Below are positions 35,330-50,300 of a DNA stretch of 64,000 nucleotides, piece after piece. The notes beneath the pieces were generated by a model. The model was not told the origin of the DNA. It saw nothing but the letters and a program-made list of their open reading frames with translations, and did not search any database. The position numbers were made by a program, and so were the translations under genes. Within the stretch, counting starts at the first letter, position 1; each line of letters starts with the position of its first letter. The stretch comes from Eledone cirrhosa. Taxonomy: Eukaryota. The DNA is taken from contig OZ024750.1 of the NCBI GenBank assembly GCA_964016885.1, positions 52,328,001 to 52,392,000 of the forward strand, in the 5' to 3' direction.

Positions 35330-38300
35330 AATATCCTCCCCTTAGTTACTGGTCTCATCAATATCCTCCTTAGTTACTGGTCTCACCACTAGCCTCCTTA
35401 GTTACTGGGCTCACCAATATCCTCCCCTTAGTTACTGGTCTTACGAATATCCTCTTAGTTACTGGTCTCACCAATATCCTCCCCTTAGTTACTGGTCTCA
35501 CCAATAACCTCACCTTAGTTACTGGGCTCACCAATATCTTCCCCTTAGTTACTGGTCTTACGAATATCCTCTTAGTTACTGGTCTCACCAATATCCTCCC
35601 CTTAGTTACTGGTCTCACCTATATCCCCTTAGTTACTGGTCTCACTAATATCCTCCACTTAGTTACTGGTCTAACCAATATCCCCTTAGTTACTGGTCTC
35701 ACCAATATCCTCCCCTTAGTTACTGGTCTAACCAATATCCCCTTGGTTACTGGTCTTACCAATATCCTCCCCTTAGTTACTGGTCTCACCAATATCCTCT
35801 CATTAGTTACTGGTCTCACAAATATCCCCTTAGTTACTGGTCTCACCAATATCCTCCCCTTAGTTACTGGTCTCACCAATATCCTCTCATTAGTTACTGG
35901 TCTCACCAATATCCTCCCCTTAGTTACTGGACTCACCAATATCCTCCTTAGTTACTGGTCTCACAAATATCCCCTTAGTTACTGGTCTCACCAATATCCT
36001 CCCCTTAGTTACTGGACTCACCAATATCCTCCCCTTAGTTACTGGACTCACCAATATCCTCCCCTTAGTTACTGGTCACACCACTATCCTCCCCTTAGTT
36101 ACTGGACTCACCAATATCCTCCTCTTAGTTACTGGTCACACCAATATTCTCCCCTTAGTTACTGGTCTCACCAATATCCTCCTTAGTTACTGGTCTCACA
36201 AATATCCCCTTAGTTACTGGTCTCACCAATATCCTCCCCTTAGTTACTGGACTCACCAATATCCTCCCCTTAGTTACTGGTCTCACCAATATCCTCCCCT
36301 TAGTTACTGGTCACACCACTATCCTCCCCTTAGTTACTGGACTCACCAATATCCTCCCCTTAGTTACTGGTCTCACCAATATCCTCTCCTTAGTTACTGG
36401 TCTCACCAATATCCCCTTAGTTACTGGTCTCACCAATATCCTCCTCTTAGTTACTGGTCTCACCAATATCCTCCCCTTAGTTACTGGTCTAACCAATATC
36501 CCCTTAGTTACTGGTCTCACCAATATCCTCCCTTTAGTTACTTGTCTCACCAATATCCTCCCCTTAGTTACTGGTCTCACCAATATCCTCCCCTTAGTTA
36601 CTGGTCTCACCAATATCCTCCTTAGTTACTGGTCTCACCAATATCCTCCCCTTAGTTACTGGTCTCACCAATATCCTCCTTAGTTACTGGACTCACCAAT
36701 ATCCTCCCCTTAGTTACTGGTCTCACCAATATCCTCCCCTTAGTTACTGGACTCACCAATATCCTCCTTAGTTACTGGACTCACCAATATCCTCCCCTTA
36801 GTTACTGGTCTCACCAATATCCTCCCCTTAGTTACTGGACTCACCAATATCCTCCCCTTAGTTACTGGTCTCACCAATATCCTCCCCTTAGTTACTGGTC
36901 ACACCACTATCCTCCCCTTAGTTACTGGACTCACCAATATCCTCCCCTTAGTTACTGGTCTCACCAATATCCCCTTAGTTACTGGTCTCACCAATATCCT
37001 CCTCTTAGTTACTGGTCTCACCAATATCCTCCTCTTAGTTACTGGTCTCACCAATATCCTCCTCTTAGTTACTGGTCTCACCAATATCCTCCTCTTAGTT
37101 ACTGGTCTCACCAATATCTTCCACTTAGTTACTGGTCACACCAATATCCTCCTCTTAGTTACTGGTCTCACCAATATCCTCCTCTTAGTTACTGGTCTCA
37201 CCAATATCCTCCTCTTAGTTACTGGTCTCACCAATATCCTCCCCTTAGTTACTGGTCTCACCAATATCCTCCTCTTAGTTACTGGTCTCACCAATATCCT
37301 CCTCTTAGTTACTGGTCTCACCAATATCCTCCTCTTAGTTACTGGTCTCACCAATATCCTCCTCTTAGTTACTGGTCTCACCAATATCCTCCTCTTAGTT
37401 ACTGGTCTCACCAATATCCTCCCCTTAGTTACTGGTCACACCACTATCCTCCCCTTAGTTACTGGACTCACCAATATCCTCTCCTTAGTTACTGGTCTCA
37501 CCAATATCCCCTTAGTTACTGGTCTCACCAATATCTTCCCCTTAGTTACTGGTCTCACCAATATCTTCCCCTTAGTTACTGGTCTCACCAATATCTTCCC
37601 CTTAGTTACTGGTCTCACCAATATCTTCCCCTTAGTTACTGGTCTCACCAATATCCTCCTCTTAGTTACTGGTCTCACCAATATCTTCCCCTTAGTTACT
37701 GGTCTCACCAATATCCTCCCCTTAGTTACTGGTCTCACCAATATCTTCCCCTTAGTTACAGGTCTCACCAATATCCTCCCCTTAGTTACTGGTCTCACCA
37801 ATATCCTCCACTTTGTTACTGGTCTCACCAATATCCTCCCCTTAGTTACTGGTCTCACCAATATCCTCCCCTTAGTTACTGGTCTCACCAATATCCTCCT
37901 TAGTTACTGGTTGCACCTCTATCCTCCTTAGTTACTGGTCTCACCAATAACCTCCTTAGTTACTGGTCTCACCAACATCCTCCCCTTAGTTACTGGTCTC
38001 ACCAATATCCTCCCCTTAGTTACTGGTCTCACCAATATCCTCCCCTTAGTTACTGGTCTCACCAATATCCTCCTCTTAGTTACTGGTCTCACCAATATCC
38101 TCCCCTTAGTTACTGGTCTCACCAACATCCTCCCCTTAGTTACTGGTCTCACCAATATCCTCCCCTTAGTTACTGGTCTCACCAATATCCTCCCCTTAGT
38201 TACTGGTCTCACCAATATCCTCCCCTTAGTTACTGGTCTCACCAATATCCTCCCCTTAGTTACTGGTCTCACCAATATCCTCCCCTTAGTTACTGGTCTC

Positions 38301-41300
38301 ACCAATATCCTCCCCTTAGTTACTGGTCTCACCAATATCCTCCCCTTAGTTACTGGTCTCACCAATATCCTCCTCTTAGTTACTGGTCTCACCAATATCC
38401 TCCCCTTAGTTACTGGTCTCACCAACATCCTCCCCTTAGTTACTGGTCTCACCAATATCCTCCCCTTAGTTACTGGTCTCACCAATATCCTCCCCTTAGT
38501 TACTGGTCTCACCAACATCCTACCCTTAGTTACTGGTCTCACCAATATCCTCCCCTTAGTTACTGGTCTCACCAATATCCTCCCCTTAGTTACTGGTCTC
38601 ACCAATATCCTCCCCTTAGTTACTGGTCTCACCAACATCCTCCCCTTAGTTACTGGTCTCACCAATATCCTCCCCTTAGTTACTGGTCTCACCAATATCC
38701 TCCCCTTAGTTACTGGTCTCACCAATATCCTCCTCTTAGTTACTGGTCTCACCAATATCCTCCCCTTAGTTACTGGTCTCACCAACATCCTCCCCTTAGT
38801 TACTGGTCTCACCAATATCCTCCCCTTAGTTACTGGTCTCTCCAATATCCTCCCCTTAGTTACTGGTCTCACCAATATCCTCCCCTTAGTTACTGGTCTC
38901 ACCAATATCCTCCCCTTAGTTACTGGTCTCGCCAATATCCTCCCCTTAGTTACTGGTCTCACCAATATCCTCCCCTTAGATACTGGTCTCACCAATATCC
39001 TCCCCTTAGTTACTGGTCTCACCAATATCCTCCCCTTAGTTACTGGTCTCAGCAACATCCTCCCCTTAGTTACTGGTCTCACCAATATCCTCCCCTTAGT
39101 TACTGGTCTCACCAATATCCTCCCCTTAGTTACTGGTCTCACAAATATCCTCCCCTTAGTTACTGGTCTCACCAACATCCTCCCCTTAGTTACTGGTCTC
39201 ACCAATATCCTCCCCTTAGTTACTGGTCTCACCAATATCCTCCCCTTAGTTACTGGTCTCACCCATATCCTCCCCTTAGTTACTGGTCTCACCAATATCC
39301 TCTTAGTTACTGGTCTCACCAATATCCCCTTAGTTACTGGTCTCACCAATATCCTCCCCTTAGTTACTGGTCTCACCAACATCCTCCCCTTAGTTACTGG
39401 TCTCACCAATATCCTCCCCTTAGTTACTGGTCTCACCAATATCCTCCCCTTAGTTACTGGTCTCACCAATATCCTCCCCTTAGTTACTGGTCTCACCCAT
39501 ATCCTCCCCTTAGTTACTGGTCTCACCAATATCCTCTTAGTTACTGGTCTCACCAATATCCCCTTAGTTACTGGTCTCACCAATATCCTCCCCTTAGTTA
39601 CTGGTCTCACCAACATCCTCCCCTTAGTTACTGGTCTCACCAATATCCTCCCCTTAGTTACTGGTCTCACCAATATCCTCCCCTTAGTTACTGGTCTCAC
39701 CAATATCCTCCTCTTAGTTACTGGTCTCACCAATATCCTCCCCTTAGTTACTGGTCTCACCAATATCCTCCCCTTAGTTACTGGTCTCACCAATATCCTC
39801 CCCTTAGTTACTGGTCTCACCAATATCCTCCCCTTAGTTACTGGTCTCACCAATATCCTCCTCTTAGTTACTGGTCTCACCAATATCCTCCCCTTAGTTA
39901 CTGGTCTCACCAATATCCTCCCCTTAGTTACTGGTCTCACCAATATCCTCCTCTTAGTTACTGGTCTCACCAATATCCTCCTTAGTTACAGGTCTCACCA
40001 ATATCCTCCCCTTAGTTACTGGTCTCACCAATATCCTCCCCTTAGTTACTGGTCTCACCAATATCCTCCCCTTAGTTACTGGTCTCACCAATATCCTCCT
40101 CTTAGTTACTGGTCTCACCAATATCCTCCCCTTAGTTACTGGTCTCACCAATATCCTCCCCTTAGTTACTGGTCTCACCAATATCCTCCCCTTAGTTACT
40201 GGTTTCACCAATATCCTCCTCTTAGTTACTGGTCTCACCAATATCCTCCCCTTAGTTACTGGTCTCACCAATATCCTCCCCTTAGTTACTGGTCTCACCA
40301 ATATCCTCCCCTTAGTTACTGGTCTCACCAATATCCTCCCCTTAGTTACTGGTCTCACCAATATCCTCCTTAGTTACAGGTCTCACCAATATCCTCCCCT
40401 TAGTTACTGGTCTCACCAATATCCTCCCCTTAGTTACTGGTCTCACCAATATCCTCCCCTTAGTTACTGGTCTCACCAATATCCTCCTCTTAGTTACTGG
40501 TCTCACCAATATCCTCCCCTTAGTTACTGGTCTCACCAATATCCTCCCCTTAGTTACTGGTCTCACCAATATCCTCCCCTTAGTTACTGGTTTCACCAAT
40601 ATCCTCCTCTTAGTTACTGGTCTCACCAATATCCTCCCCTTAGTTACTGGTCTCACCAATATCCTCCCCTTAGTTACTGGTCTCACCAATATCCTCCCCT
40701 TAGTTACTGGTCTCACCAATATCCTCCCCTTAGTTACTGGTCTCACCAATATCCTCTCCTTAGTTACTGGTCTCACCAATATCCTCCTCTTAGTTACTGG
40801 TCTCACCAATATCCTCCCCTTAGTTACTGGTCTCACCAATATCCTCCTCTTAGTTACTGGTCTCACCAATATCCTCCTCTTAGTTACTGGTCTCACCAAT
40901 ATCCTCCCCTTAGTTACTGGTCTCACCAATATCCTCCCCTTAGTTACTGGTCTCACCAATATCCTCCCCTTAGTTACTGGTCTCACCAATATCCTCCCCT
41001 TAGTTACTGGTCTCACCAATATCCTCCTCTTAGTTACTGGTCTCACCAATATCCTCCTCTTAGTTACTGGTCTCACCAATATCCTCCTCTTAGTTACTGG
41101 TCTCACCAATATCTTCCCCTTAGTTACTGGTCTCACCAATATCCTCCCCTTAGTTACTTGTCTCACAAATATCCTCCCCTTAGTTACTGGTCTCACCAAT
41201 ATCTTCCCCTTAGTTACTGGTCTCACCAATATCTTCCCCTTAGTTACTGGTCTCACCAATATCTTCCCCTTAGTTACTGGTCTCACCAATATCTTCCCCT

Positions 41301-44300
41301 TAGTTACTGGTCTCACCAATATCTTCCCCTTAGTTACTGGTCTCACCAATATCTTCCCCTTAGTTACTGGTCTCACCAATATCCTCCTCTTAGTTACTGG
41401 TCTCACCAATATCTTCCCCTTAGTTACTGGTCTCACCAATATCCTCCTCTTAGTTACTGGTCTCACCAATATCTTCCCCTTAGTTACTGGTCTCACCAAT
41501 ATCCTCCCCTTAGTTACTGGTCTCACCAATATCTTCCCCTTAGTTACAGGTCTCACCAATATCCTCCCCTTAGTTACTGGTCTCACCAATATCCTCCACT
41601 TAGTTACTGGTCTCACCAATATCCTCCCCTTAGTTACTGGTCTCACCAATATCCTCCCCTTAGTTACTGGTCTCACCAATATCCTCCCCTTAGTTACTGG
41701 ACTCACCAATATCCTCCCCTTAGTTACTGGTCTCACCAATATCCTCCTTAGTTACAGGTCTCACCAATATCCTCCCCTTAGTTACTGGTCTCACCAATAT
41801 CCTCCCCTTAGTTACTGGTCTCACCAATATCCTCCCCTTAGTTACTGGTCTCACCAATATCCTGCTCTTAGTTACTGGTCTCACCAATATCCTCCCCTTA
41901 GTTACTGGTCTCACCAATATCCTCCCCTTAGTTACTGGTCTCACCAATATCCTCCCCTTAGTTACTGGTTTCACCAATATCCTCCTCTTAGTTACTGGTC
42001 TCACCAATATCCTCCCCTTAGTTACTGGTCTCACCAATATCCTCCCCTTAGTTACTGGTCTCACCAATATCCTCCCCTTAGTTACTGGTCTCACCAATAT
42101 CCTCCCCTTAGTTACTGGTCTCACCAATATCCTCTCCTTAGTTACTGGTCTCACCAATATCCTCCTCTTAGTTACTGGTCTCACCAATATCCTCCCCTTA
42201 GTTACTGGTCTCACCAATATCCTCCTCTTAGTTACTGGTCTCACCAATATCCTCCTCTTAGTTACTGGTCTCACCAATATCCTCCCCTTAGTTACTGGTC
42301 TCACCAATATCCTCCCCTTAGTTACTGGTCTCACCAATATCCTCCCCTTAGTTACTGGTCTCACCAATATCCTCCCCTTAGTTACTGGTCTCACCAATAT
42401 CCTCCTCTTAGTTACTGGTCTCACCAATATCCTCCTCTTAGTTACTGGTCTCACCAATATCCTCCTCTTAGTTACTGGTCTCACCAATATCTTCCCCTTA
42501 GTTACTGGTCTCACCAATATCCTCCCCTTAGTTACTTGTCTCACAAATATCCTCCCCTTAGTTACTGGTCTCACCAATATCTTCCCCTTAGTTACTGGTC
42601 TCACCAATATCTTCCCCTTAGTTACTGGTCTCACCAATATCTTCCCCTTAGTTACTGGTCTCACCAATATCTTCCCCTTAGTTACTGGTCTCACCAATAT
42701 CTTCCCCTTAGTTACTGGTCTCACCAATATCTTCCCCTTAGTTACTGGTCTCACCAATATCCTCCTCTTAGTTACTGGTCTCACCAATATCTTCCCCTTA
42801 GTTACTGGTCTCACCAATATCCTCCTCTTAGTTACTGGTCTCACCAATATCTTCCCCTTAGTTACTGGTCTCACCAATATCCTCCCCTTAGTTACTGGTC
42901 TCACCAATATCTTCCCCTTAGTTACAGGTCTCACCAATATCCTCCCCTTAGTTACTGGTCTCACCAATATCCTCCACTTAGTTACTGGTCTCACCAATAT
43001 CCTCCCCTTAGTTACTGGTCTCACCAATATCCTCCCCTTAGTTACTGGTCTCACCAATATCCTCCTTAGTTACTGGTTGCACCTCTATCCTCCTTAGTTA
43101 CTGGTCTCACCAATAACCTCCTTAGTTACTGGTCTCACCAATATCCTCCTTAGTTACTGGTCTCACCAATAACCTCCTTAGTTACTGGTCTCACCAATAT
43201 CCTCCCCTTAGTTACTGGTCTCACCAATATCCTCTCCTTAGTTACTGGTCTCACCAATATCTTCCCCTTAGTTACTGGTCTCACCAATATCCTCCCCTTA
43301 GTTACTGGTCTCACCAACATCCTCCCCTTAGTTACTGGTCTCACCAATATCCTCCCCTTAGTTACTGGTCTCACCAATATCCTCCCCTTAGTTACTGGTC
43401 TCACCAATATCCTCCTCTTAGTTACTGGTCTCACCAATATCCTCCCCTTAGTTACTGGTCTCACCAACATCCTCCCCTTAGTTACTGGTCTCACCAATAT
43501 CCTCCCCTTAGTTACTGGTCTCTCCAATATCCTCCCCTTAGTTACTGGTCTCACCAATATCCTCCCCTTAGTTACTGGTTTCACCAATATCCTCCTCTTA
43601 GTTACTGGTCTCACCAATATCCTCCCCTTAGTTACTGGTCTCACCAATATCCTCCCCTTAGTTACTGGTCTCACCAATATCCTCCCCTTAGTTACTGGTC
43701 TCACCAATATCCTCCCCTTAGTTACTGGTCTCACCAATATCCTCTCCTTAGTTACTGGTCTCACCAATATCCTCCCCTTAGTTACTGGTCTCACCAATAT
43801 CCTCCCCTTAGTTACTGGTCTCACAAATATCCTCCCCTTAGTTACTGGTCTCACCAACATCCTCCCCTTAGTTACTGGTCTCACCAATATCCTCCCCTTA
43901 GTTACTGGTCTCACCAATATCCTCCCCTTAGTTACTGGTCTCACCAATATCCTCCCCTTAGTTACTGGTCTCACCCATATCCTCCCCTTAGTTACTGGTC
44001 TCACCAATATCCTCTTAGTTACTGGTCTCACCAATATCCCCTTAGTTACTGGTCTCACCAATATCCTCCCCTTAGTTACTGGTCTCACCAACATCCTCCC
44101 CTTAGTTACTGGTCTCACCAATATCCTCCCCTTAGTTACTGGTCTCACCAATATCCTCCCCTTAGTTACTGGTCTCACCCATATCCTCCCCTTAGTTACT
44201 GGTCTCACCAATATCCTCTTAGTTACTGGTCTCACCAATATCCCCTTAGTTACTGGTCTCACCAATATCCTCCCCTTAGTTACTGGTCTCACCAACATCC

Positions 44301-47300
44301 TCCCCTTAGTTACTGGTCTCACCAATATCCTCCCCTTAGTTACTGGTCTCACCAATATCCTCCCCTTAGTTACTGGTCTCACCAATATCCTCCTCTTAGT
44401 TACTGGTCTCACCAATATCCTCCCCTTAGTTACTGGTCTCACCAATATCCTCCCCTTAGTTACTGGTCTCACCAATATCCTCCCCTTAGTTACTGGTCTC
44501 ACCAATATCCTCCCCTTAGTTACTGGTCTCACCAATATCCTCCTCTTAGTTACTGGTCTCACCAATATCCTCCCCTTAGTTACTGGTCTCACCAATATCC
44601 TCCCCTTAGTTACTGGTCTCACCAATATCCTCCTCTTAGTTACTGGTCTCACCAATATCCTCCTTAGTTACTGGTCTCACCAATATCCTCCCCTTAGTTA
44701 CTGGTCTCACCAATATCCTCCTTAGTTACTGGACTCACCAATATCCTCCCCTTAGTTACTGGTCTCACCAATATCCTCCCCTTAGTTACTGGACTCACCA
44801 ATATCCTCCTTAGTTACTGGACTCACCAATATCCTCCCCTTAGTTACTGGTCTCACCAATATCCTCCCCTTAGTTACTGGACTCACCAATATCCTCCCCT
44901 TAGTTACTGGTCTCACCAATATCCTCCCCTTAGTTACTGGTCACACCACTATCCTCCCCTTAGTTACTGGACTCACCAATATCCTCCCCTTAGTTACTGG
45001 TCTCACCAATATCCCCTTAGTTACTGGTCTCACCAATATCCTCCTCTTAGTTACTGGTCTCACCAATATCCTCCTCTTAGTTACTGGTCTCACCAATATC
45101 CTCCTCTTAGTTACTGGTCTCACCAATATCCTCCTCTTAGTTACTGGTCTCACCAATATCTTCCACTTAGTTACTGGTCACACCAATATCCTCCTCTTAG
45201 TTACTGGTCTCACCAATATCCTCCTCTTAGTTACTGGTCTCACCAATATCCTCCTCTTAGTTACTGGTCTCACCAATATCCTCCCCTTAGTTACTGGTCT
45301 CACCAATATCCTCCTCTTAGTTACTGGTCTCACCAATATCCTCCTCTTAGTTACTGGTCTCACCAATATCCTCCTCTTAGTTACTGGTCTCACCAATATC
45401 CTCCTCTTAGTTACTGGTCTCACCAATATCCTCCTCTTAGTTACTGGTCTCACCAATATCCTCCCCTTAGTTACTGGTCACACCACTATCCTCCCCTTAG
45501 TTACTGGACTCACCAATATCCTCTCCTTAGTTACTGGTCTCACCAATATCCCCTTAGTTACTGGTCTCACCAATATCTTCCCCTTAGTTACTGGTCTCAC
45601 CAATATCTTCCCCTTAGTTACTGGTCTCACCAATATCTTCCCCTTAGTTACTGGTCTCACCAATATCTTCCCCTTAGTTACTGGTCTCACCAATATCCTC
45701 CTCTTAGTTACTGGTCTCACCAATATCTTCCCCTTAGTTACTGGTCTCACCAATATCCTCCCCTTAGTTACTGGTCTCACCAATATCTTCCCCTTAGTTA
45801 CAGGTCTCACCAATATCCTCCCCTTAGTTACTGGTCTCACCAATATCCTCCACTTAGTTACTGGTCTCACCAATATCCTCCCCTTAGTTACTGGTCTCAC
45901 CAATATCCTCCCCTTAGTTACTGGTCTCACCAATATCCTCCTTAGTTACTGGTTGCACCTCTATCCTCCTTAGTTACTGGTCTCACCAATAACCTCCTTA
46001 GTTACTGGTCTCACCAACATCCTCCCCTTAGTTACTGGTCTCACCAATATCCTCCCCTTAGTTACTGGTCTCACCAATATCCTCCCCTTAGTTACTGGTC
46101 TCACCAATATCCTCCTCTTAGTTACTGGTCTCACCAATATCCTCCCCTTAGTTACTGGTCTCACCAACATCCTCCCCTTAGTTACTGGTCTCACCAATAT
46201 CCTCCCCTTAGTTACTGGTCTCACCAATATCCTCCCCTTAGTTACTGGTCTCACCAATATCCTCCCCTTAGTTACTGGTCTCACCAATATCCTCCCCTTA
46301 GTTACTGGTCTCACCAATATCCTCCCCTTAGTTACTGGTCTCACCAATATCCTCCCCTTAGTTACTGGTCTCACCAATATCCTCCCCTTAGTTACTGGTC
46401 TCACCAATATCCTCCCCTTAGTTACTGGTCTCACCAATATCCTCCCCTTAGTTACTGGTCTCACCAATATCCTCCCCTTAGTTACTGGTCTCACCAATAT
46501 CCTCCCCTTAGTTACTGGTCTCACCAATATCCTCCCCTTAGTTACTGGTCTCACCAACATCCTACCCTTAGTTACTGGTCTCACCAATATCCTCCCCTTA
46601 GTTACTGGTCTCACCAATATCCTCCCCTTAGTTACTGGTCTCACCAATATCCTCCCCTTAGTTACTGGTCTCACCAACTATCCTCCCCTTAGTTACTGGT
46701 CTCACCAATATCCTCCCCTTAGTTACTGGTCTCACCAATATCCTCCCCTTAGTTACTGGTCTCACCAATATCCTCCCCTTAGTTACTGGTCTCACCAATA
46801 TCCTCCCCTTAGTTACTGGTCTCACCAACTATCCTCCCCTTAGTTACTGGTCTCACCAATATCCTCCCCTTAGTTACTGGTCCTCACCAATATCCTCCCC
46901 TTAGTTACTGGTCTCACCAATATCCTCCCCTTAGTTACTGGTCTCACCAATATCCTCCCCTTAGTTACTGGTCTCACCAATATCCTCCCCTTAGTTACTG
47001 GTCTCACCAATATCCTCCCCTTAGTTACTGGTCTCACCAATATCCTCCCCTTAGTTACTGGTCTCACCAATATCCTCCCCTTAGTTACTGGTCTCACCAA
47101 TATCCTCCCCTTAGTTACTGGTCTCACCAATATCCTCCCCTTAGTTACTGGTCTCACCAATATCCTCCCCTTAGTTACTGGTCTCACAATATCCTCCCTT
47201 AGTTACTGGTCTCACCAACATCCTCCCTTAGTTACTGGTCTCACCAATATCCTCCCCTTAGTTACTGGTCTCACCAATATCCTCCCCTTAGTTACTGGTC

Positions 47301-50300
47301 TCACCCATATCCTCCCCTTAGTTTACTGGTCTCACCAATATCCTCCTTAGTTACTGGTCTCACCAATATCCTCCTTAGTTACTGGTCTCACCAATATCCT
47401 CCCTTAGTTACTGGTCTCACCAACATCCTCCCCTTAGTTACTGGTCTCACCAATATCCTCCCCTTAGTTACTGGTCTCACCAATATCCTCCCCTTAGTTA
47501 CTGGTCTCACCAATATCCTCCCCTTAGTTACTGGTCTCACCAATATCCTCCCCTTAGTTACTGGTCTCACCAATATCCTCCCTTAGTTACTGGTCTCACC
47601 AATATCCTCCCTTAGTTACTGGTCTCACCAATATCCTCCCCTTAGTTACTGGTCTCACCAATATCCTCCCCTTAGTTACTGGTCTCACCAATATCTCCCC
47701 TTAGTTACTGGTCTCACCAATATCTCCCCTTAGTTACTGGTCTCACCAATATCCTCCCTTAGTTACTGGTCTCACCAATATCCTCCCCTTAGTTACTGGT
47801 CTCACCAATATCCTCCCCTTAGTTACTGGTCTCACCAATATCCTCCCCTTAGTTACTGGTCTCACCAATATCCTCCCCTTAGTTACTGGTCTCACCAATA
47901 TCCTCCACTTAGTTACTGGTCTCACCAATATCCTCCCCTTAGTTACTGGTCTCACCAATATCCTCCCCTTAGTTACTGGTCTCACCAATATCCTCCTTAG
48001 TTACTGGTTGCACCTCTATCCTCCTTAGTTACTGGTCTCACCAATATCCTCCTTAGTTACTGGTCTCACCAACATCCTCCCCTTAGTTACTGGTCTCACC
48101 AAATCCTCCCCTTAGTTACTGGTCTCACCAATATCCTCCCCTTAGTTACTGGTCTCACCAATATCCTCCCTTAGTTACTGGTCTCACCAATATCCTCCCC
48201 TTAGTTACTGGTCTCACCAATATCCTCCCCTTAGTTACTGGTCTCACCAATATCCTCCCCTTAGTTACTGGTCTCACCAATATCCTCCCCTTAGTTACTG
48301 GTCTCACCAATATCCTCCCTTAGTTACTGGTCTCACCAATATCCTCCCCTTAGTTACTGGTCTCACCAATATCCTCCCCTTAGTTACTGGTCTCACCAAT
48401 ATCCTCCCCTTAGTTACTGGTCTCACCAATATCCTCCCCTTAGTTACTGGTCTCACCAATATCCTCCCTTAGTTACTGGTCTCACCAATATCCTCCCCTT
48501 AGTTACTGGTCTCACCAATATCCTCCCCTTAGTTACTGGTCTCACCAATATCCTCCCCTTAGTTACTGGTCTCACCAATATCCTCCCCTTAGTTACTGGT
48601 CTCACCAACTATCCTACCCTTAGTTACTGGTCTCACCTCACCAATATCCTCCCCTTAGTTACTGGTCTCACCAATATCCTCCCCTTAGTTACTGGTCTCA
48701 CCAATATCCTCCCCTTAGTTACTGGTCTCACCAACATCCTCCCCTTAGTTACTGGTCTCACCAATATCCTCCCCTTAGTTACTGGTCTCACCAATATCCT
48801 CCCCTTAGTTACTGGTCTCACCAATATCCTCCTCTTAGTTACTGGTCTCACCAATATCCTCCCCTTAGTTACTGGTCTCACCAACATCCTCCCCTTAGTT
48901 ACTGGTCTCACCAATATCCTCCCCTTAGTTACTGGTCTCTCCAATATCCTCCCCTTAGTTACTGGTCTCACCAATATCCTCCCCTTAGTTACTGGTCTCA
49001 CCAATATCCTCCCCTTAGTTACTGGTCTCGCCAATATCCTCCCCTTAGTTACTGGTCTCACCAATATCCTCCCCTTAGATACTGGTCTCACCAATATCCT
49101 CCCCTTAGTTACTGGTCTCACCAATATCCTCCCCTTAGTTACTGGTCTCAGCAACATCCTCCCCTTAGTTACTGGTCTCACCAATATCCTCCCCTTAGTT
49201 ACTGGTCTCACCAATATCCTCCCCTTAGTTACTGGTCTCACCAATATCCTCCCCTTAGTTACTGGTCTCACCAACATCCTCCCCTTAGTTACTGGTCTCA
49301 CCAATATCCTCCCCTTAGTTACTGGTCTCACCAATATCCTCCCCTTAGTTACTGGTCTCACCCATATCCTCCCCTTAGTTACTGGTCTCACCAATATCCT
49401 CTTAGTTACTGGTCTCACCAATATCCCCCCTTAGTTACTGGTCTCACCAATATCCTCCCCTTAGTTACTGGTCTCACCAACATCCTCCCCTTAGTTACTG
49501 GTCTCACCAATATCCTCCCCTTAGTTACTGGTCTCACCAATATCCTCCCCTTAGTTACTGGTCTCACCAATATCCTCCCCTTAGTTACTGGTCTCACCCA
49601 TATCCTCCCCTTAGTTACTGGTCTCACCAATATCCTCCCTTAGTTACTGGTCTCACCAATATCCCCCTTAGTTACTGGTCTCACCAATATCCTCCCCTTA
49701 GTTACTGGTCTCACCAACATCCTCCCCTTAGTTACTGGTCTCACCAATATCCTCCCCTTAGTTACTGGTCTCACCAATATCCTCCCCTTAGTTACTGGTC
49801 TCACCAATATCCTCCTCTTAGTTACTGGTCTCACCAATATCCTCCCCTTAGTTACTGGTCTCACCAATATCCTCCCTTAGTTACTGGTCTCACCAATATC
49901 CTCCCCTTAGTTACTGGTCTCACCAATATCCTCCCCTTAGTTACTGGTCTCACCAATATCCTCCTCTTAGTTACTGGTCTCACCAATATCCTCCCCTTAG
50001 TTACTGGTCTCACCAATATCCTCCCCTTAGTTACTGGTCTCACCAATATCCTCCTCTTAGTTACTGGTCTCACCAATATCCTCCCTTAGTTACAGGTCTC
50101 ACCAATATCCTCCCCTTAGTTACTGGTCTCACCAATATCCTCCCCTTAGTTACTGGTCTCACCAATATCCTCCCCTTAGTTACTGGTCTCACCAATATCC
50201 TCCCTCTTAGTTACTGGTCTCACCAATATCCTCCCCTTAGTTACTGGTCTCACCAATATCCTCCCCTTAGTTACTGGTCTCACCAATATCCTCCCTTAGT

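Noticed and set aside
37928-44655. Long repetitive ORFs (445-681 aa) as real genes
   Set aside because: They are by-products of a stop-free 30-bp period. They have non-ATG starts, no unique sequence, and frequent frame-breaking monomers.
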